Positions 36,399 through 47,736 of a stretch of 64,000 nucleotides of DNA are shown here, one piece after another. A program made the position numbers and the translations under genes. This DNA comes from Takakia lepidozioides (taxonomy: Eukaryota > Plantae > Bryophyta), in contig CM060731.1 of NCBI GenBank assembly GCA_030704615.1, positions 61,690,001 through 61,754,000 of the forward strand, in the 5' to 3' direction. Each line of letters starts with the position of its first letter. The stretch's first letter is position 1. The notes below the pieces were generated by a model. The model was not told the DNA's origin. It saw only the letters and a list, made by a program, of their open reading frames with translations, and made no database searches.

Positions 36399-37900
36399 CT
36401 CCGGCCGAGGCCGGCGTAACTAAGAGCCACTTTGCCTTGCGGCTACTGCCCCTTTTCAGGGGTGGGCCCTATGTAAAAATAACCGGTGTCCAGGGGACAC
36501 CAAGTAACCAGTATGGGGGGTGGTATCCGGTAGAGACAGTACTGCGTGGTACCCAAGGGGGGCCCCAGGGGGGCACCCCATGGGTTCCCGCCGGGTATCC
36601 ATATATATGTATCTAGGAGGCAAGAACAGGGTTTGATTCGAGTTGTCGTTTGTTGGTGATGATAGCAGTGAGAGAACGGAGGGCTGTGAGGTGGATGGCC
36701 TTGAAGCATTTATGAATGGAAATGATGGGGAGATTAAAGTTATTTTGAAGTTCAGAGATGTTGGCATTGTGGATGCCCCCTCTGGTGCTGACAGTGATGA
36801 CAGTGAGGGGGCCTATGGCCCATCCCCTCCGGCGGATAGCAAGAATGAGTGGTGCATATTTTTGACGTTCTTCGAGGATGAATGAGCTGGGGAAGCGGTC
36901 ATTGCAGAATGTGAATTCTAAGAAGTGTATGGTAATGACGGGGGACGGGGCAGAGGGTGGTGGGGCATTGATGGGGAGCCCTTGGACTACGAGGATATCC
37001 AGACAGAGACGGGAAGGGCATGTACATGATGTGTGGGGGCGACATATACATGGAAGTAGCCATGTAGGTACCGTGTGGTCTGGAGGCCGTCCTTGGTAGG
37101 TGCCCGCATTGATGAGTGAGAACCATTTAGTTGCATTACGGCGTTGTAGGAGTTTGTGGATGTGCCATACAACGTGGTTGTGTCGTGCAATACGAAGCCA
37201 GTGAATTACTGGGTGGGGGCATTCGCTAAGAAGGTGGAGCCAGGTATCACGTGTGGCGTGGATGTGGGAGCACAAAGGGCAATTTGGTGAGGGGTATATG
37301 GCTGGCCAGAAGGTATGTTTGCGTTGGTGGCCCATGTACTGGGCGTATCGGAATTTAAGGGTCTGTTGGATTTGAGCGTCTGATACAGCTTTGGTGTGCC
37401 CAAATGGTTGGAGAGCTTGTGGTAGAGTACATCGGAGAGGGTCCATTTTTGGATATGCAGTTTGGTGTGGCTGAGAGAGGTAGAGGCTTGTTTATTGGCT
37501 TATTTAGTCAGGGTAGTAAGAAGATTTCGGAGTGGCCTGGGCTCTAGGGGGTCAGGGACTGGGTGTATTAGCCAAAAGGGGTGGGTATGAGCGATGTGTA
37601 TGGGGTCATCCGAGGGTTCAACTGTAGGTTGGGAGGCACCAACCTCCTCGTTGCCATGGATACCTGTGTGTGAACGAACTTTGAGAAAATGAAGGGGTTT
37701 ATTGATGAAGATGGCTAGGTTGATAATGGTGGTGATAAGGTTTCGGTCGGGGTGGTGGAGGTGGGAGGAGGGACAAGCCAAGTGGTTGCGGAGGATGAAG
37801 AGAGAATTTAGGCTATCCGTGAAGATGTAGTATGGGGGTGGGAACGAGGCCAGTTGTGACAAAGCTTAAAAAATGGCCATAAGTTCGGCGCGGAGTATGG
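36367..37900 (-). mobile_element. 5'-truncated non-LTR retrotransposon with RNase H, CCHC zinc finger and restriction-like endonuclease (Dualen/RandI-like); (TC)n 3' tail
   Basis: TILRAELMAI...YIFTDSLNSL...FLKVRSHTGIHGNE (RNase H), CPLC...HLLSEC (CCHC), RHNHVV, RLCLDILV...FLEFTFCND...KYAPL (RLE). Stop at 36613, a GC-rich 3' UTR, then (AG)n at 36367-36394 on the + strand. Confidence 0.8.
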
Positions 37901-38799
37901 TCGCGGCGCCTGGGAGAGAGAAGGAGAGAGGGGGTGCCCACCATCCAAGGTGGCATGAAGGGGGAAAGATAGCCCTCGCTGCGACGGGTTTTTTTTCTTG
38001 CGACGCACCGGCGTTGGAAACCCAAAATAAATAAATAAATAATAAATAAATAATTTGGACGTTACGACGCTTCGGCATCACAAAAGCGTCACTAAGGGCG
38101 CCCCAGCGCCTTTGCAACGTCAGGGCGTCCCAACAGCATCAACACAGTGGGAGTTTGTTTGTTTTTTTTTTTTTTTTTTGGGCTTTGCGGCTCTCAACTT
38201 TACAAAAGCGTCGCTGGGGGAGCCCCGCGCTGGGATGCCCAACGTTGCGACGCCAGGGGGTCGCAACGGCGTCGCCACAGGGGGTCGCAATGGTGTTGTG
38301 GTCAGCTTTGGTCATCACAAGGACGTCGCTTGGGGCACCTGGCGGTGTGGGGTGCAACAACGGCGATGACGCTGGGGCTGGGGCTGGGGTTGGGCACTAA
38401 GGCTGTGGAGGTTGTAACTCCCCGACATCACAAGAGAGACCCCTTTAGAAGGAACTTGAAGGAAATTTTTATATGTATATATTTATTTAGATTACTTTTG
38501 TGATACATAGATATAGCGTAGGTGTGTTGGTTAGTTTGTAGTGTCTTAGAAATGTTATAACGTGGAGGTCTTAGGTTCAAGTATGCATTGCATGATATAT
38601 GTAGAACAATGAACACATTGCCATTAGACAGAACCGGAGTCAATGGTCAACAAGTTTTTGAAATTCAAATTTCAAATTCAAAATTTTCCGCCTAAATTTA
38701 AATATACCCCCTTAAATTGTGACGTCCGGGCGTCGCACTTTGGCAGAGTAGTTTTTATTTTTATTTTATTTTTTATTTTACGACTTCAGTATACAAGGT

Positions 38800-39391
38800 A
38801 CTTCAGTATACAAGGTACCGACCTCTTCTCTTTAAGGGAAAGTGGTTCCAGCCACATCTTGTGGGGCCCTCCTCAACACTAGTGCGAGATGATTGTGGTT
38901 TCATGCGCGTCAATGCAAATAGGCTCAACCCTACTCATTGTCCCTCCGATGAGCCTTTTGCATTTCCTTTAGACATGGAGCAAGTTTTCTTCTCCGATGA
39001 CAAAACAAGAGGGGGAAATTGGAAGGTAGTTGTGCATGTTCAACCAAGAGGAAGACGTATCTATCGTGGTCTTAGATCTTCACGGGGTGAGGCAATTACG
39101 GTGGAGGGACGGATTGGTCATAATGATGCTAATGATGGAGGTTGGGTAGAGGGGGTAGAAGAGGATGATGACGCCCCGGAGAATGCATCCCGGACCCTAT
39201 ATGATGAAGCTCTAGAAGATACGGATGTTGGACAAGGAGATGAAGACACGACCATTGACAACGAGGTGGAGGATGATTCGGAGGTGCCTTTTGAGGGCCG
39301 GGCCATTTATGATGATGACCCCAATGACCAAGAAGACTTGCAGCTTGATGAGGATGAAGAAGCTCCGGATGATGATGTTCAAGTTTATTAG
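38800..39391 (+). pseudogene. C-terminal piece of a CACTA transposase (DUF4216 region plus acidic tail), opposite in orientation to the main relic
   Basis: LLFKGKWF then VRDDCGFMRVN...DEPFAFPLDMEQVFFSDDKTRGGNWKVVVHVQPR. A 17-bp tandem duplication (38783-38816) sits at its 5' junction. Confidence 0.8.
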
Positions 39392-41829
39392 ACACGTAAT
39401 CAAAGCTACATAATAATTCTCGCAACGAACTATACCCATCATTTCGATTGATTGTACATGTACATGCATATTGTAGCTTATTTCTATGATTCATCAATGG
39501 TCTTGCAATCATCTCTCTCTCTCTCTCTCTCTCTTGATGATGATGATGATGCAAACAAATCTATTAACAACCAAGAGAGGGAGAGAGAGGGAGAGAGAGG
39601 GAGAGAGAGAGAGAGAGAGAGATGGGGGGCAAAGAAAGAAAAACAGAGAGGAGAGGGCCCCCCCTAGAGTCCCATCCCCCGTCCCCACCCCCTCTCCTGC
39701 CCCTTAACTCAAAGAAAAAGACCGCCCCCCCCTTGCCCCCCCCGCCGTGGCAAGCCAAAAAAAACCCGTCGCAATACCCCCTTGCCATGCCCGGCCGTCG
39801 TAGAGGCCTTTTCCCCCTTCAAGCCACCTTGCCACGCCCGAGCATGGCAAGTGGGGCCGCCCCCCTTTGCGACGGCCAGGCGTGGCAAGAAAGGGCTACC
39901 TCTTGCCCTTTAGGCCACCTTGCCACGTCCCGGAGTCGCAGAATGATCCCGGCGCTGGGGGGCAACACCTGGGTGTTGGGTTGCCACGCGGCGGCGTCAC
40001 AAGCAATGCCGGGGCGCTGCCGTGCCACGCTCGGCGTCGCACGCTCAGCGCCGCGCGGGGCGTGGGGGCGCGGTTGCCGTCACTAACCCCCCTTTTTGCA
40101 GTAGTGACCGACTCATAAAAGGTAATTACCTTTGTCACCATGAGTTATCCTCCATCCACAAACTTACAAGTTTTGATTATGCATGTCTGTCTCTTGCCCC
40201 TGGTGGTGCATTGCCACTCACAACCATGTTTCACGTCTGTGTTAGCCAGAGTGCTTGTTCTGTGCCTCATGTGATCAGTAGTGCATCTACAACTGCACAT
40301 TAAATGTCTCTCAAGGGAATGGTCTCTCTCTCAGTAGCCTGGTCCATTTTCTTATCTAACATAGAAGTTGGTAGGACGGAATAGACCAATGGGTCTGGAC
40401 AGTGAATCCAATGATGACTGTCATGCAAGCCGCCCTATAAAGCCAATCAAAAGTTAGGAGCACAATCAGTGCTACATTTCACACACATATCTCCCATTAT
40501 GACCAGACTAGAATCAGCTGAGGAGACAACACTGCCAACTATTAATAACTATGTGCCCACAAGTGATCATAACTATCTTTGAGGTCACGCCAGGTGCCTA
40601 CACCACAGTCAAAGGAGCATCCATCTTCCTAAGCATTTTGAAGGTCAATAGAATATATCATCTCTATTACTGGGTGCTCAACCTATTTTCCATTGCTAGC
40701 CATTCAGAAAGTGCAAATGTTTACTTTCAGCAGTCATGCACAGTGTGAATTTACAGAATGACTCATGTTCATGTGATTTGCCCTATCAGGAATTGTACTT
40801 TGAAACACAGGTTTCATCCAAGAGAAGTGTGAGGTTTCTTGGTGACTGGGATATGCTCTGAGTTAGAACACAAAAACCAAGGAAGGAGCTGGTCCTCAAC
40901 TAAAGCAGCCACACATGAAGTACAAATGCGCCGTTCTCATAGCTGCCATGGCTTGTACTGTCACAATATCTATATGAATATGCTTCCGGAAGGAGGATTT
41001 TGAAACTATGCCAAGGCAGATATATAGGTTGCCATCTTATGGTCTAAGTGTACTCCATCATTTGATTTGCATTTTATATTATCTATTTTTCTTTCTTTAT
41101 GTATGCAGGTTCTCGCCATAGAGCTTAAGAATAACGCCAACAAGCTAGCTAAGTGGACTGCCCAAGCTTCTTTCTGGGGCAGAATAGGTAACTCCCCTCT
41201 TTGTACATTTTCTTTGTCTCGATAGGTGGAGAGACAGGTATGGATTAAGGGGCTGAGTTTACAGTACACATGATGAGCTAAGACAAATACTGTGACTGTT
41301 TTCCACATTAGCACATGACCGGTCAAAAGGGTGACAAGTCCAAATTGCCCACAAAATTCTTAAATATTATAGCTTTTGCGAGTTTGTGACACTGCCAGCA
41401 AGTGCTTGTGGTGGCTCACAACTGGTGACTACACTGATGTGAGTTGGTTTCATCTTGCACCAATGTATCTGCTTATTTTTGTGAATTGCGTGAATTGTCA
41501 CCTGCATTCATGTCTTACTTTCAAGCAGGAAGAGGTCCACCATAGATCCTACCTAGTTGGGTAAAGCAGATAGAGATCAAGGAGTGATGAAACCCTTTCC
41601 CTTGTGGTTGTAACATTAATGGTGATGCTTTTGCTTCAATTTGCTGGAACGTTTGTGATAAAAGCAGTGCTTATTCATGTTTAGCATGTATATAGGTGGT
41701 AAACAAACAAGGAGTGATGTTTGTCAGCAGTGCTAGAAATAATGGACCATCATTGACCACTGTGGGTGCACCAGAGGACACAACCTCCAGCATCTTAGGT
41801 ATAGGGGTTTATGTGTCCCCTGCAATGGC

Positions 41830-42890
41830 AACAGCCGCTCACTGGTAGTTTTAGTTTATTCAGATCTCAGATCCCTTCAGGTCCCTTAAGATCCATCAGT
41901 TTATATACAAATGAAAAATTATTATTTTTAAAACAATTGAGTTGCAAATTAATAACTATTCTTTCAAACAAAATAATTCAATTTCAATATATTAAGTCTT
42001 TATCGTATTGATATTTTTAATATTTAGAAATTAGAAATAATACAATCATATTATATATTATAAACTCATTTTGTTGTTGATTTGTTGTTATCTTCTTGAA
42101 ATTGTTGTATATCATTGAAAACATATTTTAATTAATCAATATATTTATTTTATATAAAAATTCTCATATTGATCAATCTCCAATTCTTCTTTAATTTGTT
42201 ATGTCTATATGTAAATGAATGTAGGTGTTTATTTTAATTTAGATATTTAATTATTAAAGGATTTTTTCAGTATAGTAATATCCATATGTTTTCAACTTTC
42301 AACACCTCTAGTTTTTTTCAGATCTTAGATCCCTTTAGGTCCTTTAGATCCATCAATTTATATACCATTTCACATCTACTAACATTAATACTATAAAATC
42401 AAATATTTTAATATTTTATATATTCTTAAGGATTTTATTATTATTTATCATATATGTCTTATATAATATCATTTATAATTTACAATTCTAACTCATGATG
42501 ATCTATATTCATCGACATAAACAAACTTGTACGAAAAAATTTCAAACAGTACGTTGTTTTCATTATCCACCTCCCATGCATTCAACTGTGATTTTAGAAC
42601 TTTTTCAACAATACTTAGATGACAATGATACAAGATGATATGCAAAGATAACAAACGATATATTTTGACACACTAAATAAATTGGATGTTAATACAAATA
42701 TTTCATTCAACAAATTTATTGGATTATTTAATCTAGAAATGGACACATATATAAATATTTTACGAAGTCGACTGAAAAAACGAACAATATTACGGAAGCA
42801 TATTGGACGGACCATAAACCTGTATTTATTGCTTTTAAGTTACCTAATTACATTCCTTGCTACCAACATATAACATCATCATAATACTCT
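41830..42890. repeat. Very AT-rich non-coding element remnant with an internal ~47-bp duplication
   Basis: CAGATCTCAGATCCCTTCAGGTCCCTTAAGATCCATCAGTTTATATAC (41861-41908) recurs with few changes at 42319-42365. AT content rises sharply relative to the flanks. Confidence 0.4.
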
Positions 42891-42891
42891 A

Positions 42892-45800
42892 CGAGGGTAG
42901 CCTGTGCCGTTGGCCCAAGTGTCCAGTGTCATCTAAGTCCAAGTGCAATCCCCTTATATTCATCCAAGTGTGTCCCCTATGTCGAGGCTCAAATGCGACC
43001 TCTAGGATAGCCTAGTGTGCGGTTGGCCCAAGTGTCGAGTGTCATCTAAGCCCAAGTGCAAAATCTCATATGTATCCAAGTGCGTCCCATATGTTGAGGC
43101 CCAAGTGTGACCTCTAGGGTAGCCTGTGTCGTTGGCCCATGTATGAAGAATTGAAATCTAAGACCAAGAGCAATTTCCTATATATCCCAGTGCGTCTCCT
43201 ATGTCGAGGCCCATCTAAGCCCAAGTGCAATCGTCTATGTATCCAAGTGCATCTTCCATGTACAGGCCCAAGTATCCACTGTCATCTAAGCCCAAGTGCA
43301 ATCTCCTATGTATCCAAGTATGTCTCCCATGTTAAGGCGCTATTAATTTTTTTCCATGAATTTATTGAGTAGTAAAATATCCAATGTCATCTAAGTCCAA
43401 ATGCATTTTCTTTCCACAGAGCCTACGACCAGATTTGAACCGGAGACTTTCCATTGATATCTCTCCTGTCGAGGTTCCAACTATTGTCCAGGAACGCCCA
43501 TTTTGCTATTTTTTTGCGAATTTCCAGCGACCAAAAGTACTTGAAATTCTAAATCTCCCACATGCAAGGGCCAATCATTGCTTCAGGAAAGCCCACTTTG
43601 CTATTTTTGTGAAATTTCCAGCAACCCAAAGCACTTGAAATTCCACATCTCCCACACCGTTGGTCCAAAGATCATGAGACCAAGTTGGTGCACCCCTCCT
43701 GATCGAGGGCTTTCCAACGGCACCAAGCACCCGCGCGGGGGGCCTCGCGGTTTGGGAGATCTCAACGACTCTACAAACAAAACAAACAAAACAAAACAAA
43801 CGTCTCGCTTCATGTATTGGTTAGGTAGTCACCATAAGGAGGAGCCATTACGCGACGAGCCGTTTGTTTTGTTTTGTTTTGTTTTGTAGCGTCGTTGAGA
43901 TCTCCCAAACCGCAGGGCCCTTGTGCGGGTGCTTGGTGGCGTTGGAAAGCCCTCGGGGAGGAGGGGTGCACCGGCTTGGTCTCATGATTTTTGGTCCAGC
44001 GGTGTGGGAGATCTGGAATTTCAAGTGCTTTGGGTCGTTGAAAATTCGAGAAAAATAGCAAAGTAGGCTTTCGTGGAGCAATGATCGGCCCTTTATGTGG
44101 GAGGTTTGGAATTTCAAATACTTTTGGTCGCTGGAAATTCGCAAAAAATAGCAAAGTGGATATATCAATATATGAAGCCTCGACAGGGGAGATTGCAAAA
44201 ATAGCAAAGTGGGCAATGACATAGAGATCTCCCAAACTATAGGTCTTTGGATACATTGGGGATTGCGGTGGACACTGGAGGTCACACTTGGGCCTCTACA
44301 TGGGAGATGCACTTGGATACATGAATAGAAGATTGCACTTGGGCTTAGATGGGCCTCAACATAGGAGACGCACTTGTCTTACATTTCAATTCGTCACACA
44401 TGGGCTGACGACATAGGCTACACTAGAGGTCGCACTTGGGCCTCGACGTAGGAGACGCACTGGGATACATAGAAGATCTTACACTTGAGCTAAGATGGCA
44501 CTGGACACTTGGGCCAATGACACATGCTACTCTAGAGGTTGCATCAGGGCCTCGACATAGGAGACGCACTTAGATACATAGGGGATTGCACTTGGACTTA
44601 GATGATGACACTGGACACTTGGGCCAACGGCACTGGCTACCCTAAAGGTCGCATTTGGGCCTCGACATAGGAGACGCACTTGGACTTAGATGATGACACT
44701 GGACACTTGGGCCAATGGCACAGGCTACCCAAGTCAATATATGAAGCAAGACGTTTGTTGTGTTTTGTTTTGTTTTGTTTTGTAGCGTTGTTGAGATCTC
44801 CCAAACCGCGGCCCCAGCGCGGGTGCTTGGTGCCGTTGGAAAGTCCTCGATGAGGAGGGGTGCACCGGCTTGGTCTCATGATTTTGGAACAAGCGGTGAG
44901 GGAGATGTGGAATTCCAAGTACTTCTGGTCGCTGGAAATTCACAAAAAATAACAAAAATGGCAAAGTGGGCATTCCTGGGACAATGGTTGGAGCCTCGAT
45001 GGGAGAGATATCAAGGCTCAGTGGAAAAAAACTTACTTAGATGACATTGGACACTTGGGCCAATGGCAAAGGCTACCCTAGAGGTTGCATTTGGGCCTCG
45101 ACATAGGAAACGCACTTTGATACATAGGGGATTGCACTTGGAGATAGATGACACTGGACACTTGGGCCAACGGCACAAGCTATACTAGAGGTCGCACTTG
45201 GTCTCGACATAGGAGACGCATTGGGATACATAGGGGATTGCACTTGGGCTTAGATGACACTGGGCACTTGGGCCAACGACACAAGCTACCCTAGTAGTGA
45301 TAATGTAAGAGCTTAATGCACATGTTTGATTTAACAGAGCGGTACGCTGGTCTCGGGCATGTCACATCCCCTCTCATGACATGCAATCGGGTGACAGGTA
45401 TAAAATCTCCTAGGAAGAAGTTACACCATACACAAGGTTAGGGTGACACAGTCCGAGGTGACACTACCACCCATCAAGAATCGAGCCCGCACCTCATAGC
45501 TACTACCATCGCCATCACCTTATTAGTAGGCTACTTGTCGTTGAAAAAAGACCACCTGCATTTTGAAATAAAGAGTTTGCAAGAACAAGAGGTTGGGCAA
45601 GATTTGACAAGCCCAGGGAGCAAAAGTATGTACCAGAAAATTGCATGAGTGCATTAAATGCTTACATAATTCTTGTTGTTTCCCCACCGAAGGGGGCTGG
45701 TATCATGAGGACCTGCGGTGTGGAGGATATGGAATTTTGAGTACTTTGGGTTGCTGGAAATTCAGGAAAAATAGCAAAGTGGGCTTTCCTCGAGCAATGA

Positions 45801-46414
45801 TTGGTCGCCCCTTCACTTGGGAGATTTGGAATTTCAAGTACTTTTGGTTGCTGGAAATTCGCGAAAAATAACAACGTGGATATATCAATTTTTTTTTAAA
45901 TGATATATTGCAAAAAGTGTGCTTTGTTGGAACAATGACATGGAGATCTCCCAAACTGTAGGGCCTATGCATAGGGGATCACACTTGGACTTAGATGACA
46001 TTGGACACTGGAGGGTCGCACTTGGGCCTCTACATGGGAGACGCACTAGGATACATAGGAGATTGCACTTGGGCTTAGATTTCAAAACTTCACACATGTG
46101 GCAATGGCAGATGCTACCCTAGGCCTAGATCTCCCAAACAGGAAGTCTCTTGATACATAGGGGATTGCACATGGACTTAGATAACATTGGACACCGGAGG
46201 TTGCACTTGGGCCTCTCTCTACATGGGAGAAGCACTTGGATGCATAGGAGATTGCACTTGGGCTTAGATTTCAATTCTTCACACATGGGCCAATGACAAA
46301 GGCTCCCCTAGGTCTAGATATTCTAGATTTCCCAAACATGAGGGTCTGTGGATACATAGGGGATTGGACTGGGACTTAGATGACAGTGGACACTTGGGCC
46401 AATGACTATCCTAG
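42892..46414. mobile_element. Cluster of four related non-autonomous Helitron-like elements: 42892-43820 (-), ~43853-44733 (+), 44734-45294 (+), ~45715-46414 (+)
   Basis: 5' ends TCAATATATGAAGC (44734; also 44165; inverted variant at ~43807-43820). 3' ends ...CTACCCTAG|T (45294), ...CTATCCTAG|T (46414) and an inverted CTCG|T at 42892. No TIR/TSD. ~115-bp internal tandem units. Confidence 0.6.
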
Positions 46415-47736
46415 TATTAGTGACCACATCTCATTTTCTATTAGATTAACAATTATATTGAAAAACGAGAAGGCTGTTCGAAGTTTGAAGTCCCCACTTA
46501 TAATTGTTAAATAAACTGATTTTACCATATTATTTTCAGCCTCTGCTTATTTACTTGTCAAGAAAAACATAACCCCTAAAGGACGAGCTAACTTTTGGGA
46601 GTTTTCCCAAAAAGTGGGCCATACCCTCCATTGCTAAGCTGTAACTTCCTACCCCCTTAGATCCAGCTGGATGAACAGTTCCATTCCATCCCTACCTACT
46701 ACATGAAGGTCCTCAGAAAATTGTAGCACTTTTGACTGTTCCATTTAGTAGATTATAACAAAAGAAAATTGGCCAAGTTGAAACCATGAACAGAAAAAGA
46801 GAGGAAAATTTGCTTTGACCATGCAAGTTTGGTGATTTTACATTTTTCCATGAAGAAATGGCCTCCAGAATCGGGATAAGGGGCAACCAACAGGTCATCT
46901 CCCATATTCTCAAACCAAAATGCCAAAAATATAGGGAGGCTGCTTTGTATGTGAAATCTGGGGAGTAACTTATCTTGTTTTGACTTCTTTTCCATGAGGT
47001 GACATTTGTTTTCCAATTCCTCAGGTTTATAAGTGCGCAGTAACATTTCATGGTGCCTTGTCAAAAACTTTTGGCATTATGATAAATTTTCGGCCCTAGA
47101 TGTTATCTTGAACATTGCCCATTTGACTGCCACGTAGGCAGGTCAATGGTGCTCTAACACTGAATTTCAAGAAACCCTGGCACTTTGCAAAATTCTAGGA
47201 AGTTGAGCTCTTATGATTTTTTGGCGCCACATGTGCTCTCTGACATCTACAATTCATCTTCAAGGTTCGCTTCCATCCACTAACATCCATGGGAATTGGA
47301 GCGTGGCAAGTAATCCCCGGTCCCGTCGTCCTTTAGGAGTTAAATCAGACACAACAATCTCCCAGATTTAATGTCAACCATTTCACAACCAATTCATAAT
47401 CACAAAAGGGTAGGGCTCGCATTTTCACCATCTTTTGTGTTATCGGTCATAGACCTCACATTTTAAGAAGATTGATCTTCCTCAGAGCAGTTGATTGACC
47501 AGTGCACACGCATGATGTTCACGTTATAACTTGTACAATGGCAACATGTGCACTAATCAGTTACTTCGGAAGAAAATGCTGTTTGAACACAGAGTCCTTA
47601 CATACTGTTGAGAGTTGAGAAGAATCTTCTAGTCCTGAGGAGTTATCCTATAGGCTACCAGTATAACTAACATCCCTATATCTAACATATCCAACATCCC
47701 TATGCCATGGCCAAGGGAGAAACCAAAGCTCAAGAG

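Larger units (their letters stand above)
19733..40106. mobile_element. Composite CACTA (En/Spm) DNA transposon, 20,374 bp
   Basis: Left TIR CACTACAGGAAAAGGGGGG (19733) and right TIR CCCCCCTTTTTGCAGTAGTG (ends 40106). The 3-bp TSD ACC lies at 19730-19732 and 40107-40109. GC-rich subterminal repeats (GTGACGC/GCGACG/GCCACGCCCGG) at 19740-20490 and 39720-40100. Transposase relics inside. Confidence 0.93.

Noticed and set aside
42892-46414. CRISPR-like repeat-spacer appearance
   Set aside because: Eukaryotic context, the inter-repeat sequence is itself repeated, and there are no cas genes.
46713-47350. 103-112 aa minus-strand ORFs downstream of the monooxygenase
   Set aside because: No recognisable family; stops interrupt any extension.
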